IMG/VR virus record: IMGVR_UViG_3300021440_000014
Span: 32,001-96,000 of that record
DNA: 64,000 nucleotides
Direction: 5' to 3' (one strand)
DNA from: a virus
Below, in pieces: positions 48,466 through 57,694 of this stretch; the stretch's first letter is position 1; every line of letters begins with the position of its first letter. The position numbers and the translations under genes were made by a program. The notes under the pieces are model-generated. The model saw nothing but the letters and a program-made list of their open reading frames with translations, had not been told where the DNA came from and ran no database searches.

Positions 48466-48939
48466 ATGAACACTGAAACAAAGCAAATTCTCGCGGAAAT
48501 GGGATTCAACGTTGGTTCTGTCCTGAATGTTCGCCGATCTCCTTTTCTAGGGTTAGAATTGACAATTCGGCCAAATGGAACGGGCACCGTCGTTTTTTGC
48601 AACGGTGGATTGAGCGAGTATCTTTTTCTTGCTCAATATGGCGCGGTGAAACCGCCAGTGAACGACGACGATGAAAGCATTCTTGAGAACATCAAAACCG
48701 TTGCTAATGGCATTCCCTACTTGACGATATCAAAATACAAATTTTTGCAAGTTCTCGAAGCAATGGCATTCAATCGGCTTTGCTTGACTGGCGCGGACAA
48801 AGGCAAAAAAGGAGGTTCGGTAGCTAAGTCTAAACGTCTCGCCGCTCTTTGGTTCAAACGTATCCCAAAGGAGGAAAACGAATTTTACAACGCGAAAGTC
48901 ACGACGGACGCAATGGAATCTGAGCTTATCGCCAGCTAG
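48466..48939 (+). CDS. Hypothetical early protein
   Basis: A-rich leader; hairpin terminator at ~48959-48990. Confidence 0.7.
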   Translation: MNTETKQILAEMGFNVGSVLNVRRSPFLGLELTIRPNGTGTVVFCNGGLSEYLFLAQYGAVKPPVNDDDESILENIKTVANGIPYLTISKYKFLQVLEAMAFNRLCLTGADKGKKGGSVAKSKRLAALWFKRIPKEENEFYNAKVTTDAMESELIAS

Positions 48940-49032
48940 AAACGTGCCAAACCAAAAGGAAAGCCCGAAATAAAAATCGGGCTTTCTTTCCTTTTCTATT
49001 GACTCCGCGCAAAGATTTGATATAGTCATGAC

Positions 49033-49108
49033 GTGAACGGTAAACACTCCGCAGCCACGAAATTCTAAGGGAACGTATCCAAAAGCTTTAACGATAACTT
49101 GATAAAGT
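49033..49108 (+). ncRNA. Repeated small RNA candidate, copy 2
   Basis: TTGACT-16-TATAGT promoter; same conserved core. Confidence 0.6.
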
Positions 49109-49170
49109 AGATTTTACAAAAAAAGTATTGACAAACGACTTTTTATTAGTTGTCAAGTCTTTTATGAAAA

Positions 49171-49220
49171 ACAATTACTGTGCCAACCATAGAAAGAATC
49201 GCGCTTGGCATGAAATTTGT
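49171..49220. promoter_or_regulatory. TGCCA-N20-TGGCA palindrome 4
   Basis: TGCCA 49181, TGGCA 49206. Confidence 0.7.
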
Positions 49221-49271
49221 TTTTTAGATTTTTATTGCCTATCATCAAATGCCTGCTATTATAGGGACGTA

Positions 49272-50165
49272 ATGAAAAACAACGTCGCTGAAATCATCGC
49301 CGATAAATTTATCGAAGCGATCAAAGCAAGCGGAAAATTGCCTTGGCAAAAACCTTGGCGCGTAATTAGTCCGCGTAATGCCGTCTCTGGTAATGTTTAC
49401 AAAGGGATCAACGTTCTAGCGTTGTCCATGTTTGGAAACGATACCGACTTTGTGACATTCAACCAAGCAAGGGATAACGGCGGATTTGTTAAAAAGGGAA
49501 GCAAGGGAATTCAAATTTGCTATTTCAAATTCATGGACAAAAAAGACGAAAAGGGATCGCCTGTCATTGTTGGCGGTAAAGTTAGCAAATGGCCATTGTT
49601 GCGATATTCGACAGTATTTAATCTTTCGGACATTGAAGGATGCGAAAAGCTCAAGGCAAAAGCATTGGAGCGAAAGAAAGTTATCGAATTCAAACCTATC
49701 GAAGCTTGCGAAAAGCTTGCTGCATTTGCGCCTTGCGCCGTATCGCACAAAGGGAATTCAGCTTTCTATTCGCCTGCCGTTCATGCAATAACAATGCCCG
49801 AAAAAGAGACTTTTAAGAGTGTTTCTCATTATTATTGCACGTTGTTTCATGAAATCGGACATTCAATGGCGCGAGAAGTTGGAACGGATTTGAACGGCCA
49901 ATTTGGGAGCGATCCGTATGCAAAGGAGGAACTTGTGGCCGAATTATTTGCCAACCTTTGCTTGTCGTTTGCTGGTATCGACTCAAGCGATCTTTTCGAT
50001 AACTCCGCAGCATATTTGCAGAACTGGCAAAAGCGGATCACTGACGATGCCACGATCCTTATTTCGGCAGCAAGCAAGGCAAGCAAGCGATTTGAATTGC
50101 TTTTAGAGCGGGCAGGACTCGCCGAAAAACAGGAAAGCGAGGAAAGCGAAACGGCAGCAGCCTAA
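49272..50165 (+). CDS. ardC: ArdC-like antirestriction/ssDNA-binding protein with zincin domain
   Basis: PWQKPW, N..SG..YKGIN, TFNQA..GG.VKKGSKG, VFN, AFYSP, HEIGH, YAKEELVAE, SAAYLQNW; start revised to ATG 49272. Confidence 0.92.
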   Translation: MKNNVAEIIADKFIEAIKASGKLPWQKPWRVISPRNAVSGNVYKGINVLALSMFGNDTDFVTFNQARDNGGFVKKGSKGIQICYFKFMDKKDEKGSPVIVGGKVSKWPLLRYSTVFNLSDIEGCEKLKAKALERKKVIEFKPIEACEKLAAFAPCAVSHKGNSAFYSPAVHAITMPEKETFKSVSHYYCTLFHEIGHSMAREVGTDLNGQFGSDPYAKEELVAELFANLCLSFAGIDSSDLFDNSAAYLQNWQKRITDDATILISAASKASKRFELLLERAGLAEKQESEESETAAA

Positions 50166-50241
50166 CAAAAAGGGGAGGAGAAAACCTCCCCTTTCCCTTG
50201 TTTATATTTGACATTTAATAAAAACAACCTAGAATTTTCTC

Positions 50242-50799
50242 ATGCCTAAATACTACCACGGCACAAGCGCGGACAATCTGCAATCTATTCTCGAAAATGG
50301 GTTTGACGGAACGAAGGGGAATCAAATTTGGAACGTATCAGGTGGGGCGAATTACTTCTGGAACCCCTTGGATATTCAAGAAACGGAAGACGTAGACGCC
50401 GAAAGAGCGGAAGAGATGGCAAGGGAATTTGCCTTTGGGGCGGCGGAAACGTCTCTTGCCAAGTCTAAAGATTGTCGGCGTGTCGTCTTTGAAATCGAGG
50501 CACCGGACGATCTTTTCTCGCCTGATAACTCTTGCCCTAACATGCAAGGGGCGGTCGTAAGCGATGAAATCATCGATCCAAGCTATATTTCGCGCTACTG
50601 GATAGATGAGCAAGATCTTTCTTTCTTTCGCGCATATTTCGCCGCTTGTATTCATGACAGGAAATTGGCGAACCCTTTGAATCTTTCAAGCGCAGAATTA
50701 AGTATGATCAAAGCCTTGCAAAAATCCGATGCAATGTGCGAAATCATGGACTCGCTTTCTGATATTACTTGCGAAGCTCTGGAAATTAAATTGAAATAA
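50242..50799 (+). CDS. ADP-ribosyltransferase-fold protein
   Basis: YYHGTS...SILENG start, then VVFEI and IDPSYI. Confidence 0.55.
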   Translation: MPKYYHGTSADNLQSILENGFDGTKGNQIWNVSGGANYFWNPLDIQETEDVDAERAEEMAREFAFGAAETSLAKSKDCRRVVFEIEAPDDLFSPDNSCPNMQGAVVSDEIIDPSYISRYWIDEQDLSFFRAYFAACIHDRKLANPLNLSSAELSMIKALQKSDAMCEIMDSLSDITCEALEIKLK

Positions 50800-50837
50800 A
50801 ACTTGTTATTTAATAAAAATCAAATAGAATTAACTCA

Positions 50838-51200
50838 ATGAAAACATTCAACCTTCCCGCTCCTCAATTTCTTTTCAACTATATTGCGAATCACCTGTTG
50901 ACGCAAAACAAAGTTTCGGCGAATTCTGAGGGAAGATGCCGCTACCGTCAGGGCGATCTTAAATGTGCCGCTGGCGCGATTATTTCCGATGATGTCTACG
51001 ATCCTAAAATGGAGGGGAAAAGAGCAAGATCGCCTAGACTTCATGAGGCTTTTATTTCCAGCCTCGGAAGGGACATTAGCGGAGAGGAAATGAATATAAT
51101 TTCAGATCTGCAAATAATGCACGACACTCAAAAGCCTTGGAATTGGAAAAATGATCTTAAGTATTTGGCGAAAAAATACTCTCTTACCTTTAATCTCTAG
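50838..51200 (+). CDS. Hypothetical phage protein (CRYR..KCAAG..LQxxHD)
   Basis: Putative metal-binding motif; own promoter. Confidence 0.7.
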   Translation: MKTFNLPAPQFLFNYIANHLLTQNKVSANSEGRCRYRQGDLKCAAGAIISDDVYDPKMEGKRARSPRLHEAFISSLGRDISGEEMNIISDLQIMHDTQKPWNWKNDLKYLAKKYSLTFNL

Positions 51201-51425
51201 TTGACTTTTCGCAAAAATAGAGTATTCTATATTTGCGGTTAAACACGAAATGCTCGATTAACAATATATTCGCCATGAATAAAGACCCGCCCGCTTAACC
51301 CAAAAATGGCTCATTATAGATATATGATTAAAAATTAAAGCAAAAAAAATAAATAGTCAACAAGAAAGGATTTTTATGAAGAGTTAACATATTTGCCAGC
51401 CTAAAAAGCTGGCATTTTTTATTTG

Positions 51426-51453
51426 TTGACATTGAATAAAAATAGTATAGAAT
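51426..51453 (+). promoter_or_regulatory. Representative early sigma70-type promoter (leaderless)
   Basis: TTGACA-16-TAGAAT, 6 nt before ATG 51460; more than 30 similar sites in 43.5-64 kb. Confidence 0.85.
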
Positions 51454-51459
51454 TTAACC

Positions 51460-51756
51460 ATGAACACTCAAGAAGCAATTAAGCACCTTGAAAGTCTAGG
51501 GTTCAAGATTTATCCTAAAGGCGACAAGTTCGCGATTTGGTGGCCGAATCAAAAGAATAATGACGAAGATTTTCGCTATACTGCGCGAAAACTTATTGGA
51601 CTGGCAAAGCTAAAATGGAATAATAAATCTAATGGCAATCGCTACCTCAAGAAAAGAATGATGGATTTTCCCTGTAGAAGGGGTCATGGCAGATTCATTA
51701 AAGATGCCACTAAGCGAAAATCTCGGCGCGATGCTAAAAGGATTGACTTGGAATAA
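51460..51756 (+). CDS. Hypothetical basic protein
   Basis: Own promoter. Confidence 0.7.
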   Translation: MNTQEAIKHLESLGFKIYPKGDKFAIWWPNQKNNDEDFRYTARKLIGLAKLKWNNKSNGNRYLKKRMMDFPCRRGHGRFIKDATKRKSRRDAKRIDLE

Positions 51757-51776
51757 AAATAGAGTAGGATTTAGGC

Positions 51777-52175
51777 ATGAAACTAACCTTGTCACTTCTA
51801 ATGCTGGGGATCGTCTCTGTTAGTGCTAAATTGCCGGATAGGTTTACCAAAGCCATTCACAAGGTAGAGGCAAGCGGGAAAGTCGGCCCTATCTTGGGAG
51901 ACTATAACAAGAAAACGGGTGAGTATGAAGCTCTCGGCCCTTTGCAGATTCATCGTGAATACTGGCAGGATTCGGGCGTGGCGGGAAGTTATGAGCAATG
52001 CAAGGATCTGGAATACTCTAAGAAAGTCGTTGAAGCTTACTTGTTGCGCTTTGGTCGTAAGTTTGTGCAGGCTAATAACTTCGAGGCAATGGCGCGAATC
52101 CATAACGGTGGACCATTGGGATTCAAAAACCAAAAGACAATTCAATACTGGCAAAAAGTAAAAAAGCATCTGTAA
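51777..52175 (+). CDS. Secreted lysozyme-like protein (i-type/destabilase or SLT-like)
   Basis: Signal peptide; AIHKVEASG, GPLQIHREYWQD, ARIHNGGP. Confidence 0.8.
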   Translation: MKLTLSLLMLGIVSVSAKLPDRFTKAIHKVEASGKVGPILGDYNKKTGEYEALGPLQIHREYWQDSGVAGSYEQCKDLEYSKKVVEAYLLRFGRKFVQANNFEAMARIHNGGPLGFKNQKTIQYWQKVKKHL

Positions 52176-52240
52176 CCTTGACAAAAAATAAAAATAAAGT
52201 AAGATAGAAAAGTAGTAAACGAAACAACAAACAAAAACAA

Positions 52241-52501
52241 ATGAAAAAAGTTGAATCCTATAAAGCTGAAGACGGTCGCCTCTTTGAAGATAAGGAAGAA
52301 TGCTTGAAGCATGATTTCCTTCTGTCGGTGCGCGGCTTCATTCAGACGAAGAACAGCAGCAAGTCGCCGACAATTCAGGTGAGCGATGTCGCGGCGTTGA
52401 TCGCGAATAACTTCCCCACATTCTACGACATGATGAAGCGGCAGAATCAGCTTCTCGTTGCTGCGCGGCCTAAGAAAGAAATGCCGATGCGCGTTGTCTA
52501 A
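52241..52501 (+). CDS. Hypothetical protein
   Basis: YKAEDGRLFEDKEECLKH motif; promoter upstream, terminator downstream. Confidence 0.75.
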   Translation: MKKVESYKAEDGRLFEDKEECLKHDFLLSVRGFIQTKNSSKSPTIQVSDVAALIANNFPTFYDMMKRQNQLLVAARPKKEMPMRVV

Positions 52502-52592
52502 TTTCCTTTGTTGTTTGTTTTCACCCCACCTAGTTGAAAAATTAGGTGGGTCTTTTCTTGACATCCTATAAAAAAAATATAACATCTTAAAA

Positions 52593-52859
52593 ATGAGTGA
52601 ATTCAATGTTTTCCATTATCTTTTTTATGCTTTGGAATTTGATGAAACTTCTGACGTTTTAGAGCATAACGGAAATTTCTGTCAATTGGCCTGCATAGAA
52701 CATCCTTTTGATGGGATTATCTTTTATGTCCTTCTTATCAATGGAGCGGTATCGAACACAACGGAGCATAAGTCAAGAATGGGAAAGCTTTTAAAAGAAT
52801 GGAGAGCGGGCGAAAGAGAAATAGACAAAGGCATTTTAACGCTTTCTTATAAAAAATAG
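52593..52859 (+). CDS. Hypothetical protein
   Basis: Own promoter TTGACA-16-TAACAT. Confidence 0.6.
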   Translation: MSEFNVFHYLFYALEFDETSDVLEHNGNFCQLACIEHPFDGIIFYVLLINGAVSNTTEHKSRMGKLLKEWRAGEREIDKGILTLSYKK

Positions 52860-52896
52860 TTCTTTACTTTTAAGAAAAACAAAGTAGTATTTATCT

Positions 52897-53085
52897 ATGG
52901 CAATACAAGAAGCTCTCTATAAATACTTCTCACTCATTGGAATGAGTGCTGAATTTGAAGAGGCTGGAAAGATTGGATTGGCAAATCAATGTCGTTGCAT
53001 TGCTCAGTCAGTGGCCGAAGAATTTGAGTTGACAGAAAAGGAAATCTCAACTGGAATTTCAGAAGATTTTCATAAATTAAAATAA
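52897..53085 (+). CDS. Hypothetical protein
   Basis: Own promoter TTTACT-16-TAGTAT. Confidence 0.6.
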   Translation: MAIQEALYKYFSLIGMSAEFEEAGKIGLANQCRCIAQSVAEEFELTEKEISTGISEDFHKLK

Positions 53086-53315
53086 CTCTTTACTTCTGAT
53101 AAAAATAGATTAGCATTTAACCATGAGAACGAAATCTTTAGGCGGAACTTTGTTAGTGATCAAAGGTCTTAACGACTGTGCCACAATCGAACGAGGCAAA
53201 AATTCCAAGCCGTGCATTGTCTCTATAGAAGGAACTTGGACAAAAGAAGAGTTAAGAGAGGCTCTCTCCTTATGGAATAGATCGGAAGCTCAAAGGAGAT
53301 AAAAAGGGTTTAGCC

Positions 53316-53504
53316 ATGACAAAACAACAAGACATCTACAAATTTTTCCGAATCATTGCAGTAGGTAGTCGCAAAGGCTGGCGAATTTATGACAACGGAG
53401 AAAACTATCACCCTACTACGGGAAGATGGCAGGCATTCCGACATGGAGTTAGAATTGGGAATTCAACAAAATCTGGGCTACTCCAAATGATTGATAATAA
53501 ATAA
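53316..53504 (+). CDS. Hypothetical protein
   Basis: 62-aa ORF, co-oriented with neighbours. Confidence 0.55.
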   Translation: MTKQQDIYKFFRIIAVGSRKGWRIYDNGENYHPTTGRWQAFRHGVRIGNSTKSGLLQMIDNK

Positions 53505-53543
53505 AAACCTTTACTTCCCATAAAAATAGTCTATTCTACAAAT

Positions 53544-53600
53544 ATCGAACGGTAGCCAACCCGCAGCCGAAAAATTCTAAGTGAACCTGATCTAATTTTT
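53544..53600 (+). ncRNA. Repeated small RNA candidate, copy 3 (3'-divergent)
   Basis: TTTACT-16-TATTCT promoter; GAACGGTAGCCAACCCGCAGCCGAAAAATTCTAAGTGAACCTGATC. Confidence 0.55.
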
Positions 53601-53634
53601 TAGATGAAATAAAAAGGGGCACTTGCCCCGTGTT

Positions 53635-53775
53635 TTACTCATCTCGATAATCATCGGCCTCGTTTGCGTTGAAATCGGCCAAGTCATCGGTGCCGCTACC
53701 ATCTCCCGGCCAACCTTTATCGTCGTCGGGCAATTCGGTTTGCAAGTCGTAATTATCTTCTAGTCCTTCATCCAT
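53635..53775 (-). CDS. Very acidic 46-aa protein
   Basis: MDEGLEDNYDLQTELPDDDKGWPGDGSGTDDLADFNANEADDYRDE; TTGACA-16-TAGGAT promoter. Confidence 0.75.
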   Translation of the reverse strand: MDEGLEDNYDLQTELPDDDKGWPGDGSGTDDLADFNANEADDYRDE

Positions 53776-53809
53776 AATTTAATCCTATACTATTTTTATG
53801 TTTTGTCAA

Positions 53810-53992
53810 TTACGGAAAATACAAAGTGGGGTTATCGTATTCGGGATCATACTTGGCAACTTGTGAATTCTCAAGGTGCCCCTGCTCTTTGAGTTTGGCA
53901 ATCCAGCGTTCCACCCTTTCCTGCTCTACAGAGTCAGCAAAGAAAAGCATCGCAACCAATTTTTTCGGATTGTGTTCTGTTTTAACTGGCAT
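53810..53992 (-). CDS. Hypothetical protein
   Basis: Own promoter TTGACT...TAGTAT. Confidence 0.7.
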   Translation of the reverse strand: MPVKTEHNPKKLVAMLFFADSVEQERVERWIAKLKEQGHLENSQVAKYDPEYDNPTLYFP

Positions 53993-54203
53993 GTCTAAAT
54001 ACTAAATCATTTTTCTAAAAAGTCAAATGCAAATTGATGTTTGACAAAAAGGAAAAATAGAATAAACTTTCTACAGTTGAACATCGGAACGGTTGGCGCA
54101 TTGCGTCGCCACAATAACGGAATCGGACTTCCTGCTTAGTAGATAGAAAGAAAGAGCTTGACATTCAAGCAAGGTAACTGTTAAAGGTTCAACTACTAAT
54201 TTT

Positions 54204-54467
54204 ATGGCTAAACTTAATCTTGACTCAATCGAAAATCGCGCTATAGTTACGGTTACAAATTTGCCTTGGGGCGACGATGATACTGGCAAAACTTCCCTTC
54301 AATTGACGGGTCAACTTGAGAAAGCGGAAGATGAAGGGGAAGATCATTACTTGCGTTGCCCTACGTTTTGCGGGGAACTTAATGGCGTTTCGTTCTCAGA
54401 TAAGGATATAACCGAAATTGAAACTCTACCTAGTGGCAGAATTCTTATCGTCTTGCGAAACTTTTAA
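54204..54467 (+). CDS. Hypothetical protein
   Basis: Promoter upstream. Confidence 0.65.
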   Translation: MAKLNLDSIENRAIVTVTNLPWGDDDTGKTSLQLTGQLEKAEDEGEDHYLRCPTFCGELNGVSFSDKDITEIETLPSGRILIVLRNF

Positions 54468-54505
54468 TTGACTTTTAGAAAAAATACTCTAAACTCTTAA
54501 TCGTA

Positions 54506-55045
54506 ATGAATAAACAACTCATCGAAGCTCTCGAAAATCAGGGAACAAACTGCCGCTTGATCTCTTTCACCTATACGGCTAAGGGGACAGGCGAAACGGC
54601 TCGCTACGTGATTCGCACGAATGTAGACTATACCAAGGTATGCAAAGACGACATCACGGAACTTGAAATCCGCGCACAAACGGCAATCGGTATCGAAAAA
54701 ATTTGCATTGACGCGCAGATCGCTACGCTTAAAGAGTCGATCAAGGCTCAGGAAACGGGCGTGGCTCACTCGAAATACACTAAAGCGGGACTCTATCGCT
54801 CTGTTTGTCCCGGTATCAAATTGAGCTTGAACGATCAAAGCCTTGAATTGCACGGCTTTGTGCATTCTAAGGTGGTTCTAAAGCCGGGATTCTATGCGAA
54901 AGTAAATCATCGCTCAGAAGAGACGGCAAAGAAAGAAGAGATTCGCAAGTCTCTCAAGGTTGGCAAGTTCCGCTCTTTCTCGCTCGATAGCGGGCTTGTT
55001 CACGGCGCAAAGGTAAACGGGGAAGAGATTACTTTTGAACAGTAA
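54506..55045 (+). CDS. Hypothetical phage protein
   Basis: Promoter upstream; terminator ACCCGGA-GTAAAA-TCCGGGT at ~55053-55077. Confidence 0.75.
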   Translation: MNKQLIEALENQGTNCRLISFTYTAKGTGETARYVIRTNVDYTKVCKDDITELEIRAQTAIGIEKICIDAQIATLKESIKAQETGVAHSKYTKAGLYRSVCPGIKLSLNDQSLELHGFVHSKVVLKPGFYAKVNHRSEETAKKEEIRKSLKVGKFRSFSLDSGLVHGAKVNGEEITFEQ

Positions 55046-55392
55046 ATAAACAACCCGGAGTAAAATCCGGGTTTTTTCTTGCTTTTAGATAAAAACAAAG
55101 TAGAATCTTCTCAATGGCAACACCAATTCATTGCGGGAAAGCTACTAAAATATATCGCAAGGTATATCAGCAGGCTTTCTACTATCGAGATAAAAATGGC
55201 AATCGTAAGTTTTCGCCTTGTAGCTACGAAGTCGGCTTTCAATGCGTAGTCTGTAAACAGATTCGCATTCCTGATATTTAAAAGCCTTTCGATAGATCAG
55301 ACATGGAAAAGATGGATGCTATTAGAGAAGAAGGAATTAAATTTGACGAAAGTTTGGCTTGCAATTAAATAAAAAAAGAATAAGATTTAACT

Positions 55393-55668
55393 ATGAAACT
55401 TACACTCTCCTATCTTAAAGCTTCCGAAATCATTGCGGACCGTCACAATCTCAGCGGCTATCAAGTAGAGATTGAGCCTAAGCCTATAATCGAAGGTAGT
55501 CAAACTAAACCTATCTTTCCACTTCACCAATTGATTCTTTTAGTGCGCGGCTATCGCTATCGTGGCGATGAAAAGATTGCAGCTATCAAAGCAGTGCGAG
55601 AATATGGGAATCGGTATGGAGTGTCAATTGGTTTGGCCGACGCAAAGAATTTTGTCGAATCGCTCTAA
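55393..55668 (+). CDS. Protein with ribosomal L7/L12 C-terminal-like domain
   Basis: KIAAIKAVRE...IGLADAKNFVE matches the bL12 CTD motif KIxxIKxVR...GLKEAKxxVE. Confidence 0.8.
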   Translation: MKLTLSYLKASEIIADRHNLSGYQVEIEPKPIIEGSQTKPIFPLHQLILLVRGYRYRGDEKIAAIKAVREYGNRYGVSIGLADAKNFVESL

Positions 55669-55712
55669 TTATTTGCCTTGCAATCGACTAAAAATAGTCT
55701 ATCATAATCAAT

Positions 55713-55994
55713 ATGAAAATCAAGGTTGCTCTTACTAAGTCGGATGGGAAGTATTCGCCTAATAGAGATCCTCTTACCGATTGCCTTGTTGCCCGCGCAT
55801 TAAAAAGAGCTTTGAAGCGAGACAAGATTAAGTATTCACGCATTACGGTAGGACTGGTATCTGTAAGGATTGATGATAAGGTAGTTTATCTTAATGATAC
55901 TATCGTAACTCTGATACATAAATGGGGTGAATTTGACGCAATAAGGAAAGATTTTATCCCTCCGCGCATTAGCTTCACTTTGGAATTCAACTAA
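55713..55994 (+). CDS. Hypothetical protein (DCLVARAL motif)
   Basis: Own promoter. Confidence 0.7.
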   Translation: MKIKVALTKSDGKYSPNRDPLTDCLVARALKRALKRDKIKYSRITVGLVSVRIDDKVVYLNDTIVTLIHKWGEFDAIRKDFIPPRISFTLEFN

Positions 55995-56551
55995 ATGAAA
56001 AAATGGTTTGCAATCTATCGTGAAACTTACGGCATTACCGTTAAGTATCTAGGCGAATTTGAGACGTGCCCGAATCATTTGGATGAAGGCTATTTGGATA
56101 TCGTCGATGCTTTTGAATTACGGGCTTTCAAAGAGTCTATAATCAATTGTCTTGTGGTTTATGCAGATTAGTTTGACTTTTCCTAAAAATACCTCATAAT
56201 AACAACGATGAAAACAAAAATGACAATTCGCGCCCGCCGCATTATGTTTGGTTTCTCCCGAATGGTTATCTCTGTCAAACGCTAAATGAATAAAATCCCG
56301 CTAAAATATATGGAATCAAAACCTGTTCACATTAAAGTCGAGGAAAAGCTGACAAAGAAAGAGTTTCTCGTAATATGGATTTTGCTGGTTATAGCGCGTT
56401 TTCTGTGCGAAGATGAGCAAACCAAGAAAGAGATCGGCGACATTAAGACTCATATTTATTTGCACACTAGATAATATGGGATTCTTTGTTCTCTGTTTAT
56501 TACTTTTGGTAATAGCGTTTTCCTTTTACTTATTTTCTTAAGTATTTATAT

Positions 56552-56628
56552 TGGCCTGTAGCTCAATTGGTTAGAGCAGAGCACTCATAATGCTTTGGTT
56601 CTCGGTTCAAGTCCGAGCAGGCCAACCA
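56552..56628 (+). tRNA. tRNA with CAT anticodon (elongator Met or Ile2)
   Basis: TGGCCTG/CAGGCCA acceptor, loop CTCATAA, GTTCAAGTC, CCA. Confidence 0.92.
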
Positions 56629-56676
56629 ATTTAAGTTTGACTTCTTAGAAAAAAAATGCTAACATCATAAACACTT

Positions 56677-56753
56677 GCTTCCGTAATTCAATTGGATAGA
56701 AATTTTGCCTTCTAAGCAAAAAGTTATAGGTTCAAATCCTATCGGAAGCACCA
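56677..56753 (+). tRNA. tRNA-Arg(TCT)
   Basis: GCTTCCG/CGGAAGC acceptor, TTTGC-CTTCTAA-GCAAA, CCA. Confidence 0.92.
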
Positions 56754-57136
56754 ATTTTTCTTTACTTAATCTAAAAAACATATATCATAAAAATATGAAA
56801 GTAACCTCTGAACCAATTACTGAAAAAGAAGAATTTCCTTTTATTGGCTTCTACACACTTAGCAAAGGGGACGGCTTGTTCTTGTTACAGGATATGGAGC
56901 AAATAAATCTTTCTATAAAGGAATAATGATTACTCCAAGTGATGTTTATAAAGCTTTTGCATATGATAGTGATCATTGGGACAAAAACACAATAAAACGA
57001 TTTAGAGGCAAAATTACAATCGAGTGCCCTTAATTTATATTATTGACTTCACGCAAAAATCTGTTAGATTAGTAACGTTCTTTGATGATTTCTAATTATT
57101 AGGTGTAATAGTAGATATAAGTTAATATCTGCTATT

Positions 57137-57694
57137 ATGCCAATATGTAAAAAATGCAACAACAAGTTTCCGTGTAAAATTACCTTAAATGGTAAAGAAA
57201 AGTTTTTACATACTAGATCTTACTGTTTAGATTGCTCTCCATTAGGTAAAAATCTAGGCTATGATTTAAGAAAAGAATCGAACGATAAGAAATATATTGA
57301 TTTATTCCAAAAAGAAGGAGTAATAAAATGTAGAATATGCGAAAGATCTTATCTAAGGAAAAAGAAAAACAATTTAATATGTTCTACTTGTAGGAATTCT
57401 TATTTTAGATTTAATCAAAGAAATAAAGCGATAGATTCATTAGGCGGGAAATGCTCTAAATGCGACTGCAAAGATAAAGAAGTATTACAGTTCCACCATA
57501 CAGATCCAAATCAAAAAGATTTTAATTTATCTGGCAACTGGTCACAAAAAGAATGGTTGACTTTAGAAAAAGAAATAGTAAAATGTATTTTATTATGTGC
57601 TAACTGCCATTCTAAAGAACATCGAAAAGACTTAACAAAAATCATTGAATTTTATGGGCAAGTGGCGAAGTTGGATGAAACGCAGCAGACTTAA
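57137..57694 (+). CDS. Free-standing HNH endonuclease
   Basis: Several CxxC; LGGKCSKC...LQFHHTDPNQK...KCILLCANCHSKEH. Confidence 0.9.
   Translation: MPICKKCNNKFPCKITLNGKEKFLHTRSYCLDCSPLGKNLGYDLRKESNDKKYIDLFQKEGVIKCRICERSYLRKKKNNLICSTCRNSYFRFNQRNKAIDSLGGKCSKCDCKDKEVLQFHHTDPNQKDFNLSGNWSQKEWLTLEKEIVKCILLCANCHSKEHRKDLTKIIEFYGQVAKLDETQQT

Noticed and set aside
47988-49108. Resemblance of the repeated RNA to c-di-GMP-I riboswitches (GGGACGC..GCCAC..CTAAGG)
   Set aside because: No GAAA-tetraloop stem or full two-stem aptamer, and the copies do not consistently lead a gene.
45125-49220. Possible CRISPR array from the 13-mer or TGCCA/TGGCA repeats
   Set aside because: Repeats are too short and irregularly spaced, with genes in between; no cas genes.
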